From: Candidatus Aldehydirespiratoraceae bacterium
GTDB taxonomy: Bacteria > Actinomycetota > Acidimicrobiia > Acidimicrobiales > Aldehydirespiratoraceae
Length of the DNA: 64,000 bases
Assembly: GCA_965204595.1 (NCBI GenBank)
Contig: CBDBEW010000014.1
Span: 498,872 to 562,871 of the forward strand
Direction: 5' to 3'
Shown here: positions 19,392-30,343 of the stretch, piece by piece
Numbering within the stretch: position 1 is the stretch's first letter
Layout of the letters: each line of letters begins with the position of its first letter
Notes under the pieces: model-generated
Databases searched by the model: none
What the model was told of the DNA's origin: nothing
What the model saw: only the letters and a program-made list of their open reading frames with translations
Position numbers and translations under genes: made by a program

Positions 19392-21187
19392 TGCAAGACG
19401 AAAACATTACCCTGCCAAACAAACTACTAAAGCAAGCTGCCACTAGAGGCGACCAAGTGGCGGTTCGACACAAACAGTTAGGCATTTGGTGCCAATATAG
19501 TTGGCAAGATTACGCCAACCAAGCGCGACTCATTGGCCTTGGGTTAGCTCAACTAGGAGTTAGTGCTGGTGAAAAGGTGGCAGTGCATGCAGAAAATCGC
19601 CCTGAATGGATATTTGCTGACTTGGGTGTGCAAGGGATTGGTGCTGTCACTGTTGGTATTTATCCCACAAGCCCCGCCGCTGAAGTCCTATATTTGCTGC
19701 AACACTGCGAAGCCAAGGTTGTTATAGCCGAAGATGAGGAACAACTAGACAAGACTTTAGCAGTTTGGGACCAACTGAGCGACTTAGCTTATGCGGTGGT
19801 GATCGACTCTCGCGGAGTTCGTTCACTAGAGGATCCACGAATCCTAACCTATCAACAGTTGCTAGACCTCGGTAGCCGACAAAATATATCTGATTTTGAT
19901 GACTCGGTAGCGCGGTTAAACAACGAAGATGTGGCCATCATTGTTTACACTTCTGGTACCACCGGCCCACCTAAAGGTGCCATGTTGAACCACATCAATA
20001 TGCATGCCGCATCTCGGGACTACGACACCATGTTTTTGTTGAGTAGTGCTGACGATGTTTTGTCTTATCTGCCCTTGTGCCATATTGCTGAGCGTTTAGT
20101 TACGGTGGTCAATGGCATATCTGCGGGCTACACAGCTAACTTCGGGGAGGGTGGTGAAGCATTTGCGAATGATTTGCGCGAGGTGCAGCCAACCTTTTTC
20201 TTGGGTGTACCTCGTGTGTGGGAAAAGATGTTAGCCAACATACAAATTCGCATGAACGATGCCTCTTGGTTCAAGCGATTGAACTACCAGTATTGGACTA
20301 AAGTCGGCACACGATTAGCGAAGTCCCGTATGAACAACCAACTGCGATGGTTTGATAGAGTGGTTTTAGCATTTGCTTCATTTATGTTGTTTCGTGCTCT
20401 TAAAGAACGCCTTGGCATGAGCCGTTGCCGTCACGCAGTTTCGGGTGCCGCTCCTATCGCGCCACAAATCCTTGAATGGCTATGGGCTATAGGAGTGCCC
20501 GTCAAAGAAGCTTATGGTCAGACTGAAAACTGTGCACAAGCAACCATTAATCCAATTAATGCAGTCAAGATCGGCACCGTTGGTGTGGCTGTGCCGGGAG
20601 CCGAAATACGTATTACGAGTGACGGCGAAATCCAAACCCGTGGAGCTGGCACTTTCATGGGCTACTACAAAAACGCGCAAGCAACAGCCGCTACCATCGA
20701 CCCACAAGGTTGGTTGAGTACCGGCGATATCGGGGAAATTGATGAAGATGGTTACCTTACAATCACCGACCGGAAAAAAGACATCATCATCACTGCCGGT
20801 GGTAAGAACATTTCTCCTTCCGAAATAGAAAACCGCTTGAAAGTTTCTCCTTTCGTGCGTGAAGCGGTGGTAATTGGTGACCGCCGCAAGTATCTCAGTG
20901 CCTTGCTTGGGATTGAATACCAAACAGTAGGTGATTGGGCTACCCGTCAAGGAATTACGTACACAACCTATGCCGACCTTTCACAAAAAATAGCTGTGCG
21001 GTCACTCATTGAAGACGTGGTGAATGAAACCAATCAAGACTTCGCTCAGGTGGAGACAATAAAACGTTTTGAGTTGATGACAGTTGAACTTGACCATGAA
21101 GATGGGCAACTAACCGCCACGCAGAAAGTGAAGCGCACGGCCATTACCTCCCAGTTTGAGGAACTGATTGAAACGATGTACCCGTGA
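19391..21187 (+). CDS. Long-chain acyl-CoA synthetase (AMP-binding) embedded in the ABC operon
   Basis: YTSGTTGPPKG, YLPLCHIAE, YGQTE and TGD...DRKKDIIITAGGKN. Confidence 0.93.
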   Translation: MQDENITLPNKLLKQAATRGDQVAVRHKQLGIWCQYSWQDYANQARLIGLGLAQLGVSAGEKVAVHAENRPEWIFADLGVQGIGAVTVGIYPTSPAAEVLYLLQHCEAKVVIAEDEEQLDKTLAVWDQLSDLAYAVVIDSRGVRSLEDPRILTYQQLLDLGSRQNISDFDDSVARLNNEDVAIIVYTSGTTGPPKGAMLNHINMHAASRDYDTMFLLSSADDVLSYLPLCHIAERLVTVVNGISAGYTANFGEGGEAFANDLREVQPTFFLGVPRVWEKMLANIQIRMNDASWFKRLNYQYWTKVGTRLAKSRMNNQLRWFDRVVLAFASFMLFRALKERLGMSRCRHAVSGAAPIAPQILEWLWAIGVPVKEAYGQTENCAQATINPINAVKIGTVGVAVPGAEIRITSDGEIQTRGAGTFMGYYKNAQATAATIDPQGWLSTGDIGEIDEDGYLTITDRKKDIIITAGGKNISPSEIENRLKVSPFVREAVVIGDRRKYLSALLGIEYQTVGDWATRQGITYTTYADLSQKIAVRSLIEDVVNETNQDFAQVETIKRFELMTVELDHEDGQLTATQKVKRTAITSQFEELIETMYP

Positions 21188-22266
21188 CCATTTTTTTGCA
21201 AGCTGCTTTTGATGGTTTAGCACTTGGTTCGCAATATGCGCTGATAGTGATCGGTTTCGTTGTCATCTACCGCGCTACTGGCATTATCAACTTTGCACAA
21301 GGGGGTGCTCTTTTACTAGGTGCTTATGTCACTTACAATGTGAGCACTTCTTGGGGTTGGAATTATTACCTTGGAGTTTTTTGCGCGATCTTGGTGTGTG
21401 GTGCTTTCAGTGTTTTGTTGCAACGCGCTATGTTGGCAAAAGTATTTCGTGAGGTGGTGGGCATTACTTTTGCCTTGCTGACGTGGGCAGTTGTGGTTTA
21501 CGTTGGCTTCAACCATCTTGTGGGGCTACTATGTGGATTGATTTTAGGCATTGTGGCTTGGTGGTTCACTGCGCGTATTGAACGCCGCTTCGGAGCCAAA
21601 GGTCCAGCGGAGTTGCCTCTGTTTGGAGCGATTATGGTGACCATCGGCGTTCTCTTTATAGTCAAACAAGTGGCGGCTTCGATTTGGGGGTTTGCAGAAC
21701 TCAGTGTTCAAGACCCATATGAATTAGCCACCTCTCAACTTGGAGGGGTGATTTTTCTTCATTCAAAAATTGCTTCTGTGGCAATGGCAGCTTTAGCTTT
21801 AGGCATTTTCTTTGTTGTTGACCGTTACAGCCGCATTGGACTTGCCATGCGAGCCACACATTTTGACCACGAGGCCGCTATCGCGCAAGGTATTTCAACT
21901 AAGGTTGTTTTCGCAACAGCCTTTGCTATTGCTGGAACTGTGGCTGCGCTAGCTGGTGCCGCCGCTACTGCAGGCCCTGAGTTGCTCACACCCAATGTGG
22001 ACTTGGTGGTGTTTTTAGCGTTTCCTGCAATGATTCTTGGGGGTTTAGATTCGCCTACCGGGGCAGTCGCTGGTGGATTATTGATTGGTCTAATACAGAA
22101 CCTTGTGAAGACATATGTTGTTTTGCCCCCTGCTTGGCTGCCCTTTGAAGACCTTTCTTGGCTCGGTTCAGGGTTTGAGCGTGTGGCAATATTTGTGGTG
22201 ATGATTTTAGTGCTGATGGTTCGCCCATATGGGCTGTTAGGCACAAAAGAGGTGCGGCGAGTATGA
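21184..22266 (+). CDS. ABC permease (LivH-like)
   Basis: GL..GS.YAL...GF..IY..TG.INFAQG, G.AMRAT and ILGGLDS..GAV.GG. Confidence 0.92.
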   Translation: MTIFLQAAFDGLALGSQYALIVIGFVVIYRATGIINFAQGGALLLGAYVTYNVSTSWGWNYYLGVFCAILVCGAFSVLLQRAMLAKVFREVVGITFALLTWAVVVYVGFNHLVGLLCGLILGIVAWWFTARIERRFGAKGPAELPLFGAIMVTIGVLFIVKQVAASIWGFAELSVQDPYELATSQLGGVIFLHSKIASVAMAALALGIFFVVDRYSRIGLAMRATHFDHEAAIAQGISTKVVFATAFAIAGTVAALAGAAATAGPELLTPNVDLVVFLAFPAMILGGLDSPTGAVAGGLLIGLIQNLVKTYVVLPPAWLPFEDLSWLGSGFERVAIFVVMILVLMVRPYGLLGTKEVRRV

Positions 22267-23396
22267 AACGTAGTCACAAGATGAATGTGGACTACCGCGA
22301 CGACTTGCGTTTGTTTCCCAATAGATTGCGACGCGTTGGGCTTGTCGCATTGTTTTTGGCTTGGATTTTTGTTCCACTTCTTTGGGATGAGGTTCCATTT
22401 ACTCTGCTTAGCAGCAATGGTGTAACACTCAACACACTTGCATATGCCGGTATTTTTGCGATTGCTGCCATTGGTTTGAATTTACTAACTGGCTACACGG
22501 GGCAGGTGTCGCTCGGGCATTCCATTTTTTTAGCAGTTGGTGCCTATAGCACGGCTTATTTTGGCTCGGTGTGGGGTTGGCCGATGTGGGCATGGATTAT
22601 TGCAGCACCTGCGCTTGGTTGGATAGTTGGTGCTGCGATTGGTCCATTTGCTCTTCGCCTACGGGGTAACTACTTGGTGATAGTCACCTTGGGATTAGTG
22701 TTTATTGGCGAGCACGTTTTTAGAAACTGGAAAAGTGTTACTGGTGGCAACACCGGCACTTCAGCCGCGGAAGTTGATGTAACCTTGGGTTTTGATTTTA
22801 GGAACTTGAGTTTGTTTGGTAGATCGTTTGGGCTAGACGAGAGCTACTTTTGGTTGATCTGGTTAATGGTTGCGCTAGTCGCTTGGCTCACCAAAAACGT
22901 GATTAGAACCCGCTGTGGCAGAGCCCTGCAAGCTGTTCGAGACCGTGACATTGCGGCTGAGATTCTTGGCATTGACGTTGGCATTCGTGGTTATAAAACC
23001 CAAGCATTTGCTTGGTCGGCAGCCATTGCCGCGCTAGCAGGGGCACTCTATGCTCCCTTCCAGTTGTTTATTAGCCCTGGTGACTTCACACTATTAGTTT
23101 CAATCCAGTTCGTTGCGATGATTATTTTGGGTGGCATGGGCACGATTTACGGTTCGATTATTGGTGCATTACTTATTACGGCCTTGCCACGTTTTATCGA
23201 AGGAATCTCAACAGACTACGGTATACCGGGCGTGGCACTTAGAAGCACTGATTCTGGGTTGCTCTCAATTTCATCCCTAAATGTGATGATTTACGGTTTT
23301 TTGATCGCAGTATTTTTGTTAGTTGAACATAGGGGCTTAGCGGGAATCTGGGTTCGTGTTCGCAACTACTTTTCAACTTGGCCATTCTCGTACTAA
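22263..23396 (+). CDS. ABC permease (LivM-like)
   Basis: GLNLLTGYTGQVSLGH, LRLRG.YL...TLG and GRA..AVRD. Confidence 0.92.
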   Translation: MKRSHKMNVDYRDDLRLFPNRLRRVGLVALFLAWIFVPLLWDEVPFTLLSSNGVTLNTLAYAGIFAIAAIGLNLLTGYTGQVSLGHSIFLAVGAYSTAYFGSVWGWPMWAWIIAAPALGWIVGAAIGPFALRLRGNYLVIVTLGLVFIGEHVFRNWKSVTGGNTGTSAAEVDVTLGFDFRNLSLFGRSFGLDESYFWLIWLMVALVAWLTKNVIRTRCGRALQAVRDRDIAAEILGIDVGIRGYKTQAFAWSAAIAALAGALYAPFQLFISPGDFTLLVSIQFVAMIILGGMGTIYGSIIGALLITALPRFIEGISTDYGIPGVALRSTDSGLLSISSLNVMIYGFLIAVFLLVEHRGLAGIWVRVRNYFSTWPFSY

Positions 23397-23424
23397 ACTC
23401 AACATCTAAACCCTTGGAGGGAAA

Positions 23425-24879
23425 ATGAAAAAGAAAACCACTAACCGTTGGTTAGCATTATTATTACCCTTAGCACTTTTTGCTGCCGCTTGCGGTGATG
23501 ATTCTGCTGACTCAGGCACCACTACAACGAGTGTAGAAACAACCACAACAACAAATAACACAACCAACGATGGGGATACCAGTGAACCGTCGGACACCAC
23601 CGATGACATGGGCACCACAGACGATATGGACACCACAGACGATATGGACACCACAGATGAGGTGGAAACCCCTGCCACAGTCAATGACAGCAGCGAAGAA
23701 CCAGTGCCCGCTGAACCCCCCATGCCGTCACCTGCTCCTGGATTTGATGGCGAGACCATTCGAGTTGGGGTGCTCTCTGACCTGTCTGGACCTGCTGCAA
23801 TAATTGGAACGCCACTAACAGCTGGCGGACAAGTCTACTATGACTATATCAATAGCCAGGGTGGTATTGCTGGCAACTACACAATTGAAACTGTGGAGGT
23901 TGACCACGCCTACAATCCAGCTACAGCAGTGCAGGTTTACAATGGAGTCAAGGATGAAGTAACTGTTATTGGACAACTCTTAGGAACCCCAATAACTAAC
24001 GCAGTGCTCGAGAGTTTAAAGCAGGATGGGGTTGTGGCAGCACCCGCATCACTTGACGCGTTTTGGGTACCCGAAGAGAACTTGTTTCCAATTGGTAGCC
24101 CTTATCAAATTCAAGCGATAAACGGACTTGACTGGTGGATTAACGAAGGGGGTGGCACTGTCGACCAAACGTATTGCGCCTTTGTTCAAGATGATCCTTA
24201 TGGAGAAGCGGGGCTAGAAGGTCTCGAGTTTGCTGGTGAAAACCTCGGTTTCAGTGTTACCGCGACTGCAACGTACGTTTCAGGCGATACAGACTTTTCA
24301 GCTCAAATCCAGCAGTTGAGCAGTGCAGGTTGTGAAGTTGTGTATTTGGTGACCCTGCCTACAGTGATTGGCGGCGCACTAGGAACGGCTGCAACTAGCG
24401 GGTTCGCTCCAACCTGGATTGGTGCATCGCCCATTTGGGTCAACATTTTGGCCTTAAGTTCACTAGCGCCTTACTTGGAGCAAAACTTGATAATCGTTGG
24501 GGAAGGTTCCACTTGGGGTGATCCTAATGTGGAAGGTATGGCCGACATGATTGAGAGGCTAAACGAGTTCGCCCCAGAGCAAGACCCTGATTACTATTTT
24601 ACCTTCGGATATCTGCAAGCACACGCGGTAGTGCAATTGCTAGAGGCGGCTGTTGCTAACGGTGACCTAAGCCGTCAAGGAATTATTGATGCACTCAATG
24701 GACTTGGTGAGGTATCCTTCTTGGGACTTGGTGGTGACTATTTCTACGGGCCACCGGGACAGCGAATTCCAAGCACCGAGAACACTATATTTAGGGTAGA
24801 CCCAGCGGTACCCAATGGTGTTGTGGCTCAAGTTGTTGGCTATGAAGCATCCTTCGCCAGCGACTTTGAATTTAACTAA
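23425..24879 (+). CDS. ABC substrate-binding lipoprotein (Liv/PBP type 1) with Thr/Asp-rich linker
   Basis: Lipobox FAAACG, low-complexity linker, then G.LSDLSGP...GG..G...D..Y.P periplasmic-binding fold; SD GGAGG. Confidence 0.9.
   Translation: MKKKTTNRWLALLLPLALFAAACGDDSADSGTTTTSVETTTTTNNTTNDGDTSEPSDTTDDMGTTDDMDTTDDMDTTDEVETPATVNDSSEEPVPAEPPMPSPAPGFDGETIRVGVLSDLSGPAAIIGTPLTAGGQVYYDYINSQGGIAGNYTIETVEVDHAYNPATAVQVYNGVKDEVTVIGQLLGTPITNAVLESLKQDGVVAAPASLDAFWVPEENLFPIGSPYQIQAINGLDWWINEGGGTVDQTYCAFVQDDPYGEAGLEGLEFAGENLGFSVTATATYVSGDTDFSAQIQQLSSAGCEVVYLVTLPTVIGGALGTAATSGFAPTWIGASPIWVNILALSSLAPYLEQNLIIVGEGSTWGDPNVEGMADMIERLNEFAPEQDPDYYFTFGYLQAHAVVQLLEAAVANGDLSRQGIIDALNGLGEVSFLGLGGDYFYGPPGQRIPSTENTIFRVDPAVPNGVVAQVVGYEASFASDFEFN
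23593..23664 (+). repeat. 18-bp tandem repeat x4 encoding (D/G)TTD(D/E)(M/V)
   Basis: gacaccaccgatgacatg / ggcaccacagacgatatg / gacaccacagacgatatg / gacaccacagatgaggtg. Confidence 0.9.
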
Positions 24880-24947
24880 AACTCATTGGGCAGCCTTGAT
24901 GCGCTTGGGCGCATCAAGGCTGCCATCTCTCTTGCGGTCACCGTTGA

Positions 24948-26594
24948 ATGTTGCACAAACCCCTCACGAATCCCTTTAAATCCAATCTCAAAACCAAAGA
25001 GCCGCAGTTTCGCCAAAATACACAGGACATGCTTGAACAACTTGCCATTGTTGAAACATTGCTTGATGAGGCAGCAGCAGGTGGTGGGCATAAGCGTATG
25101 GAAAGGTTGCGCTCACAAAACAAGTTACCCATCCGTAGTCGTATCGCACATGTTATTGATCCTGCTAGCCCGTTTTTGGAGATCAGTCCAATAGCTGCTT
25201 ACGGTTCTCGCTACAAAGTGGGAGGTGGAATGGTGGTTGGGATTGGTGTGATCTCGGGGACTGAGTGTGTGATTATGGGTAACGACCCAACGGTACTTGC
25301 TGGGGCACTTACACCGTATGCGGCAAAAAAGTGGATGCGTGCTTTAGAAATATCGCGTGACAATCAACTTCCTTATGTGAGTTTTGTGGAGTCCGCAGGT
25401 GGCGATTTGAGGGTTGACCCAAACAACGATTCCAAGCAAAGCATTTTCCAGCCTAATCATTTCGCAGAAAGCGGGCGCTTTTTTTATGAAATGATTGAAC
25501 TTTCGAAGTTGCGAATCCCTACAGTTTGTGTGGTGTTTGGCTCTTCTACTGCGGGAGGGGCATACCAACCTGGGCTATCTGACTACACGATCGTGGTCAA
25601 AGAACAATCTAAGATGTTTCTTGGTGGTCCGCCTCTAGTAAAGATGGCCACTGGTGAGATATCTGATGACGAAACTCTTGGTGGGGCCGATATGCATGCG
25701 ACTGTTTCGGGTTCTGGCGATTACTTTGCTCAAGATGAACTAGATGCGTTGCGGATTTGTCGAGATGTCGTTTCACATCTGAATATTCGCAAAACAGGCA
25801 ACGATCCTAGCTTTCCTTCTGAGACACCACTTTATGATCCTCAAGAATTGCTAGGCATTGTTAGCCGTGATCTCGTTAAACCTTTTGATGTGCGTGAGAT
25901 TATTGCCCGTGTAGCCGACGGTTCTCGCTTGGAAGAGTTTAAGGCTTGTTGGGGTTCTACTTTAGTTTGTGGTTGGTCTTCTATTCATGGATACCCAATA
26001 GGGATTGTGGCGAACAACGGTGTGCTCTACCCAGACGCAGCTCAAAAGGGCGCGCATTTTGTTCAGTTGTGTAATCAGATAGACGTGCCGTTGCTGTTTA
26101 TCCAAAACATCACTGGCTATGCGGTCGGTAAAGATTTTGAGGCCGATGGGATCATCAAAAAGGGTTCGCAGATGCTAAACGCGGTCAGCAACTCATCTGT
26201 GCCTCACATCACTATTATCGTTGGTTCTAGCTACGGTGCGGGCACCTATGGCATGTCGGGTCGGGCTTTTGGTAACCGCTTCACATTTTTGTGGCCAACC
26301 GCCAAAATAGCTGTCATGGGTCCACGCCAGATAGCCGGTGTGATGTCGCAAGTGCGCAGAGGGCAAGCACAACGCCTTGGTAAGAGGTTTGACGAAGAAG
26401 CTGATGCAAAGATTGTGAAAGCGGTGGAAGCTACCCAAGAGCACGGTTCCCTTGCTTTGCAAGCAACAGCTGCGATCAGCGACGACGGAATTATAGACCC
26501 CCGAGACACCCGTGACGTGATTGGTATGTGCTTGTCTGTGGTGAATAACCGTGCCGTTAAAGGTGCCCAGGGTTACGGTGTGTTCCGTCTATGA
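24948..26594 (+). CDS. Acyl-CoA carboxylase carboxyltransferase subunit (AtuC/AccD2-like)
   Basis: ESAGGDL, GSSTAGGAY.PG.SD, LGGADMH, SYGAG.YGM.GRA, DDGIIDPRDTR and C-terminal GVFRL. Confidence 0.92.
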   Translation: MLHKPLTNPFKSNLKTKEPQFRQNTQDMLEQLAIVETLLDEAAAGGGHKRMERLRSQNKLPIRSRIAHVIDPASPFLEISPIAAYGSRYKVGGGMVVGIGVISGTECVIMGNDPTVLAGALTPYAAKKWMRALEISRDNQLPYVSFVESAGGDLRVDPNNDSKQSIFQPNHFAESGRFFYEMIELSKLRIPTVCVVFGSSTAGGAYQPGLSDYTIVVKEQSKMFLGGPPLVKMATGEISDDETLGGADMHATVSGSGDYFAQDELDALRICRDVVSHLNIRKTGNDPSFPSETPLYDPQELLGIVSRDLVKPFDVREIIARVADGSRLEEFKACWGSTLVCGWSSIHGYPIGIVANNGVLYPDAAQKGAHFVQLCNQIDVPLLFIQNITGYAVGKDFEADGIIKKGSQMLNAVSNSSVPHITIIVGSSYGAGTYGMSGRAFGNRFTFLWPTAKIAVMGPRQIAGVMSQVRRGQAQRLGKRFDEEADAKIVKAVEATQEHGSLALQATAAISDDGIIDPRDTRDVIGMCLSVVNNRAVKGAQGYGVFRL

Positions 26595-28543
26595 CACCAA
26601 TCACTACTTTGTTGGTTGCAAACCGCGGTGAGATTACCTGCCGTGTGTTTCGTAGTGCTGCTGCTATGGGTATGCGTAGCGTGGCTGTCTTTGTCTCAGC
26701 TGACAAAAACTCTCCTCACCTAAAAGATGCCGACGAAGCAGTGCGGATTAATAGTTACCTCGATAGCCAAGAAATTCTGGCTGCGGCACATAAATGCGGT
26801 GTCAATGCAGTTCATCCTGGATATGGATTTCTAGCAGAGAGTGCAACCTTTGCTAAAGCGGTTTTAGCTGCCGGCTTGATCTGGGTTGGTCCATCCCCAC
26901 AGGTCATTGAGTTGATGGGTAGCAAGTTGGCTGCTAAAAATCTGGCACAACGAGTTGATATCCCCGTGTTACCCTCAGCAACTAACAAATTCGCGTCACT
27001 AGGTTTCCCTCTATTGATTAAGGCAGTTGCTGGTGGGGGTGGAAAAGGTATGCGAGTGGTGCAATGTGAGGCTGACCTACCACGCTTGGTCGCTACAGCC
27101 CGCCGCGAAGCGGGTTCTGCATTTTTGGATGACACTGTTTACGCCGAAAGATTCTTAACAAGTGCGCGCCACATAGAAGTACAAATATTAGGTGACAAGC
27201 ATGGAAATATCGTACACCTAGGCGAACGTGAATGCAGCATTCAAAGACGGCACCAAAAGGTTATTGAGGAAGCACCGTCACCTTTCGTTGACATCGACCT
27301 GCGCTTGCAAATGACCAACGCTGCGCTCCGCTTAGCTAAAGAGGTGGGATATGACTCTGTAGGCACTGTTGAGTTCTTGGTGGACAACTCAACTAACGAT
27401 TTTTTCTTTTTGGAAGTTAATGCACGCCTACAGGTTGAGCATCCTGTGACTGAAGAGGTCACCGGTATTGATCTGGTGCGAGAACAATTGCGGGTGGCAC
27501 AAGGTGAAAAACTTGCCTTTACCGCTGTGCATACTAAAGGGCACAGTATTGAGGCACGACTTTGTTCTGAAGACCCTAGCAATAAATTTTTGCCAACCAC
27601 GGGAACCATTGAGGCACTTACAGCGGCTGCTTCACCTGCTGCGCGCTACGAGGTTGGAGTAACAACCAAGTCGCCGGTAACGACTGATTTTGATCCGATG
27701 ATTGCCAAGGTAATCACTCATGGTGAAACTCGCCATGAAGCAGCAGCCCGCTTGGCGTTAGCTCTTGCGCGACTACATATTGCTGGTGTAACGACTAATC
27801 GTGATTTTCTGGTCAATGTTTTGCGTTCAAAAGCATTTCTTGATGGTGACACCACTATCGACTTCTTGGAACGTTATGATCTAGCTTCTAGTAGCACCTG
27901 TGATGAAGACGAAGCGTATTTGGCAGCTGTGGCTGTAACTCTTTGGCAGCATCACCAAGACCATCTAGCGGCAGCTAGTTTTTCTGCCTTGCCGTCTGGT
28001 TTTCGTGTCGGACGCTTACCCCCCGAATGGGTTGACCTACGCATCAATCAGAAGTCAATCACCATCCACTATTCCACGAACCGTGATGGTGGTTTCGCCC
28101 TCGGAGTAACTGGCGATGAAGGCAGTGCCTTATTGTATAGTTGTTCACAAGGCCATATTGACTTTGAAGTTAATAAACACCGTCGCCGTTACCAAGTTAG
28201 TATGCACCAACGGTACGTTTATCTAACTGGTGCTAATGGCGGTGTCGTGGTTGAGGTGTTACCCCGCTTTGTTGAACCGCAACCTGTTGTTGGTGGTGGC
28301 GCAATCTCAGCACCCATGCCTGGCAAGGTGATAGAGGTTTTTGTCTCAGTTGGTGATGTGGTTGAACCCCAACAAGTGCTAGTGGTTTTAGAAGCCATGA
28401 AAATGGAAAATCATTTGCGTGCTCCACAGCGAGGCACTGTATCGGAAATACTTGTTGAGGTCGGACAACAAGTTGAAAAAGATGAGTTAATGATGGTCAT
28501 TGATTCAGCAACTAGAGAAGATGGAGCCACAACAACCAAGTGA
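26591..28543 (+). CDS. Acyl-CoA carboxylase biotin carboxylase/BCCP subunit (AtuF/AccA2-like)
   Basis: LVANRGEI, HPGYGFLAE, GGGGKGMR, RECSIQRRHQK, NARLQVEHPVTE and the EAMKM biotin site. Confidence 0.95.
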   Translation: MTPITTLLVANRGEITCRVFRSAAAMGMRSVAVFVSADKNSPHLKDADEAVRINSYLDSQEILAAAHKCGVNAVHPGYGFLAESATFAKAVLAAGLIWVGPSPQVIELMGSKLAAKNLAQRVDIPVLPSATNKFASLGFPLLIKAVAGGGGKGMRVVQCEADLPRLVATARREAGSAFLDDTVYAERFLTSARHIEVQILGDKHGNIVHLGERECSIQRRHQKVIEEAPSPFVDIDLRLQMTNAALRLAKEVGYDSVGTVEFLVDNSTNDFFFLEVNARLQVEHPVTEEVTGIDLVREQLRVAQGEKLAFTAVHTKGHSIEARLCSEDPSNKFLPTTGTIEALTAAASPAARYEVGVTTKSPVTTDFDPMIAKVITHGETRHEAAARLALALARLHIAGVTTNRDFLVNVLRSKAFLDGDTTIDFLERYDLASSSTCDEDEAYLAAVAVTLWQHHQDHLAAASFSALPSGFRVGRLPPEWVDLRINQKSITIHYSTNRDGGFALGVTGDEGSALLYSCSQGHIDFEVNKHRRRYQVSMHQRYVYLTGANGGVVVEVLPRFVEPQPVVGGGAISAPMPGKVIEVFVSVGDVVEPQQVLVVLEAMKMENHLRAPQRGTVSEILVEVGQQVEKDELMMVIDSATREDGATTTK

Positions 28544-30291
28544 CCACACCCATTCGGATAGCAAACTGTAGCGGCTTTTATGGTGATCGCCTAAGCGCAG
28601 CTAAAGAAATGGTTGAGGGTGGGCCTATTGATGTGCTAACCGGTGACTGGCTTGCGGAGTTAACAATGTTGATCCTGTCCCGCGCGAAAGCCAAAGACCC
28701 TAACCTTGGTTACGCACGCACTTTTGTGGCGCAAATGGAACAAGTGATGGGTCAATGTTTAACCCGTGGTATAAAGGTGGTTGCCAATGCTGGAGGGTTG
28801 AATCCCTTGAGTTGCGCTAACGAAGTTGCCGCAATAGCCAAAAAGCTTGGCTTATCTCCCACCATCGCTATTGTTGAGGGCGACAATTTACTACCTAACT
28901 TGGACGAACTCCGCGCTAGTGCCGACCTTATTGATTTAGGCACTCAACAACCAATTTCTGGCAGAGAGTTTATGTCGGCCAACGTTTATTTAGGGTGTTG
29001 GGGCATTGTTGAAGCATTGAATCGTGGCGCAGACATCGTCATCGGTGGCCGCATCACCGATGCAGCTGTTGTATGTGGACCAGCGGCTTGGCATTACGGT
29101 TGGAGCCGCACTGACTATGACGCATTGGCCGGAGCGGTCGTGGCGGGACACGTGCTTGAGTGTGGTACTCAAGCTACTGGAGGCAACTATTGTTTTTTCC
29201 AAGAAATTGCTGACTTGGAGTACCCTGGATTTCCTTTCGCTGAAATACACCAAGATGGTTCTGCTGAGATTAGTAAGCACCCAACCACTGGTGGCAACGT
29301 CACACGCGGCACGGTAACTAGCCAACTTTTGTATGAGATAGATAGCCCAACCTATTTGGGCCCAGATGTGACAAGCCGTTTTGATACTATCGTTCTGCGA
29401 GACCTCGCTAAGGACCGTGTCTTGATAAGCGGTGTCAAGGGCGAACCCCCTCCCCAAACCCTGAAAGTTTCTATGACATCATTGCTTGGTTATAGAAGCG
29501 ACTTGACTATCGCGCTAACCGGATTAGATATTGAAGCCAAGGCGCAACTCCTTGAACGGGCCTTTTGGCGCAACTGCAAACTGAGTCCCCAAGATTTCAC
29601 AAACGTCACAACAAAATTAGATCGAACCGACAAAGTTGATCCGAAAACTAACGAAGAAGCGGTGGCGACTTGGAATATCAACGTTACCGATCCCAGCCAA
29701 AGCAAAACTAAACTGCTGGCATCAACCATGAACGACTTGGCACTTTCAAGTATTCCTGGATTCTTTGGCATAACCACAAGTGGTTGTGGGCAACCTTACG
29801 GGAAACACTCATCAGCTTCGATACCGCGCCATAAGATTAAACAATCAGTGACCATTCTGGGTCAGCACACAACCTACGTTTCTTCAGATGTACCCTCAGC
29901 AGATGCCCAAATCGTGCTCCCCCATCACCGGCTAGTCAATCCACCCAAGGGTGCTACAAAACGTGTACCCCTCGGGTTATTAGTCGGCACAAGGTCAGGT
30001 GACAAAGGTGGTGACGCTAATATTGGGGTGTTTGTACGCTCCGCTTTAGCTTATGCTTGGTTAGCGAGCTATCTGACCATCCCCCGGTTACGCGAACTCT
30101 TACCTGAAGCTTCCAGCCTTACGATTGATCGATTTGACTTGCCGAACATTTTGTCGGTGAACTTTGTTATCTATGGTCTGTTAGGTGATGGTGCGACCGC
30201 ATCTACCCGTCAAGATGCACAAGCAAAAAGCTTAGGTGAATGGCTGCGATCACGTCATGTTGATGTGCCCATAGAACTTTTAGCGACCTAA
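28540..30291 (+). CDS. Acyclic terpene utilization AtuA family protein
   Basis: RIANCSGFYGDR, DWLAELTM, NAGGLNP, GHVLECG.QATGGNY, QLLYEI, RSGDKG and D.QAK.LGE. Confidence 0.93.
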   Translation: MTTPIRIANCSGFYGDRLSAAKEMVEGGPIDVLTGDWLAELTMLILSRAKAKDPNLGYARTFVAQMEQVMGQCLTRGIKVVANAGGLNPLSCANEVAAIAKKLGLSPTIAIVEGDNLLPNLDELRASADLIDLGTQQPISGREFMSANVYLGCWGIVEALNRGADIVIGGRITDAAVVCGPAAWHYGWSRTDYDALAGAVVAGHVLECGTQATGGNYCFFQEIADLEYPGFPFAEIHQDGSAEISKHPTTGGNVTRGTVTSQLLYEIDSPTYLGPDVTSRFDTIVLRDLAKDRVLISGVKGEPPPQTLKVSMTSLLGYRSDLTIALTGLDIEAKAQLLERAFWRNCKLSPQDFTNVTTKLDRTDKVDPKTNEEAVATWNINVTDPSQSKTKLLASTMNDLALSSIPGFFGITTSGCGQPYGKHSSASIPRHKIKQSVTILGQHTTYVSSDVPSADAQIVLPHHRLVNPPKGATKRVPLGLLVGTRSGDKGGDANIGVFVRSALAYAWLASYLTIPRLRELLPEASSLTIDRFDLPNILSVNFVIYGLLGDGATASTRQDAQAKSLGEWLRSRHVDVPIELLAT

Positions 30292-30343
30292 CCTATTCTT
30301 GATTGGTCCAAACCTCAGTGTCCACGCAACAAAAGGAACGAAA

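Noticed and set aside
23593-23664. Short direct repeats resembling a CRISPR or iteron array
   Set aside because: The 18-bp units are contiguous, in frame inside a CDS, have no spacers and have no cas genes nearby.
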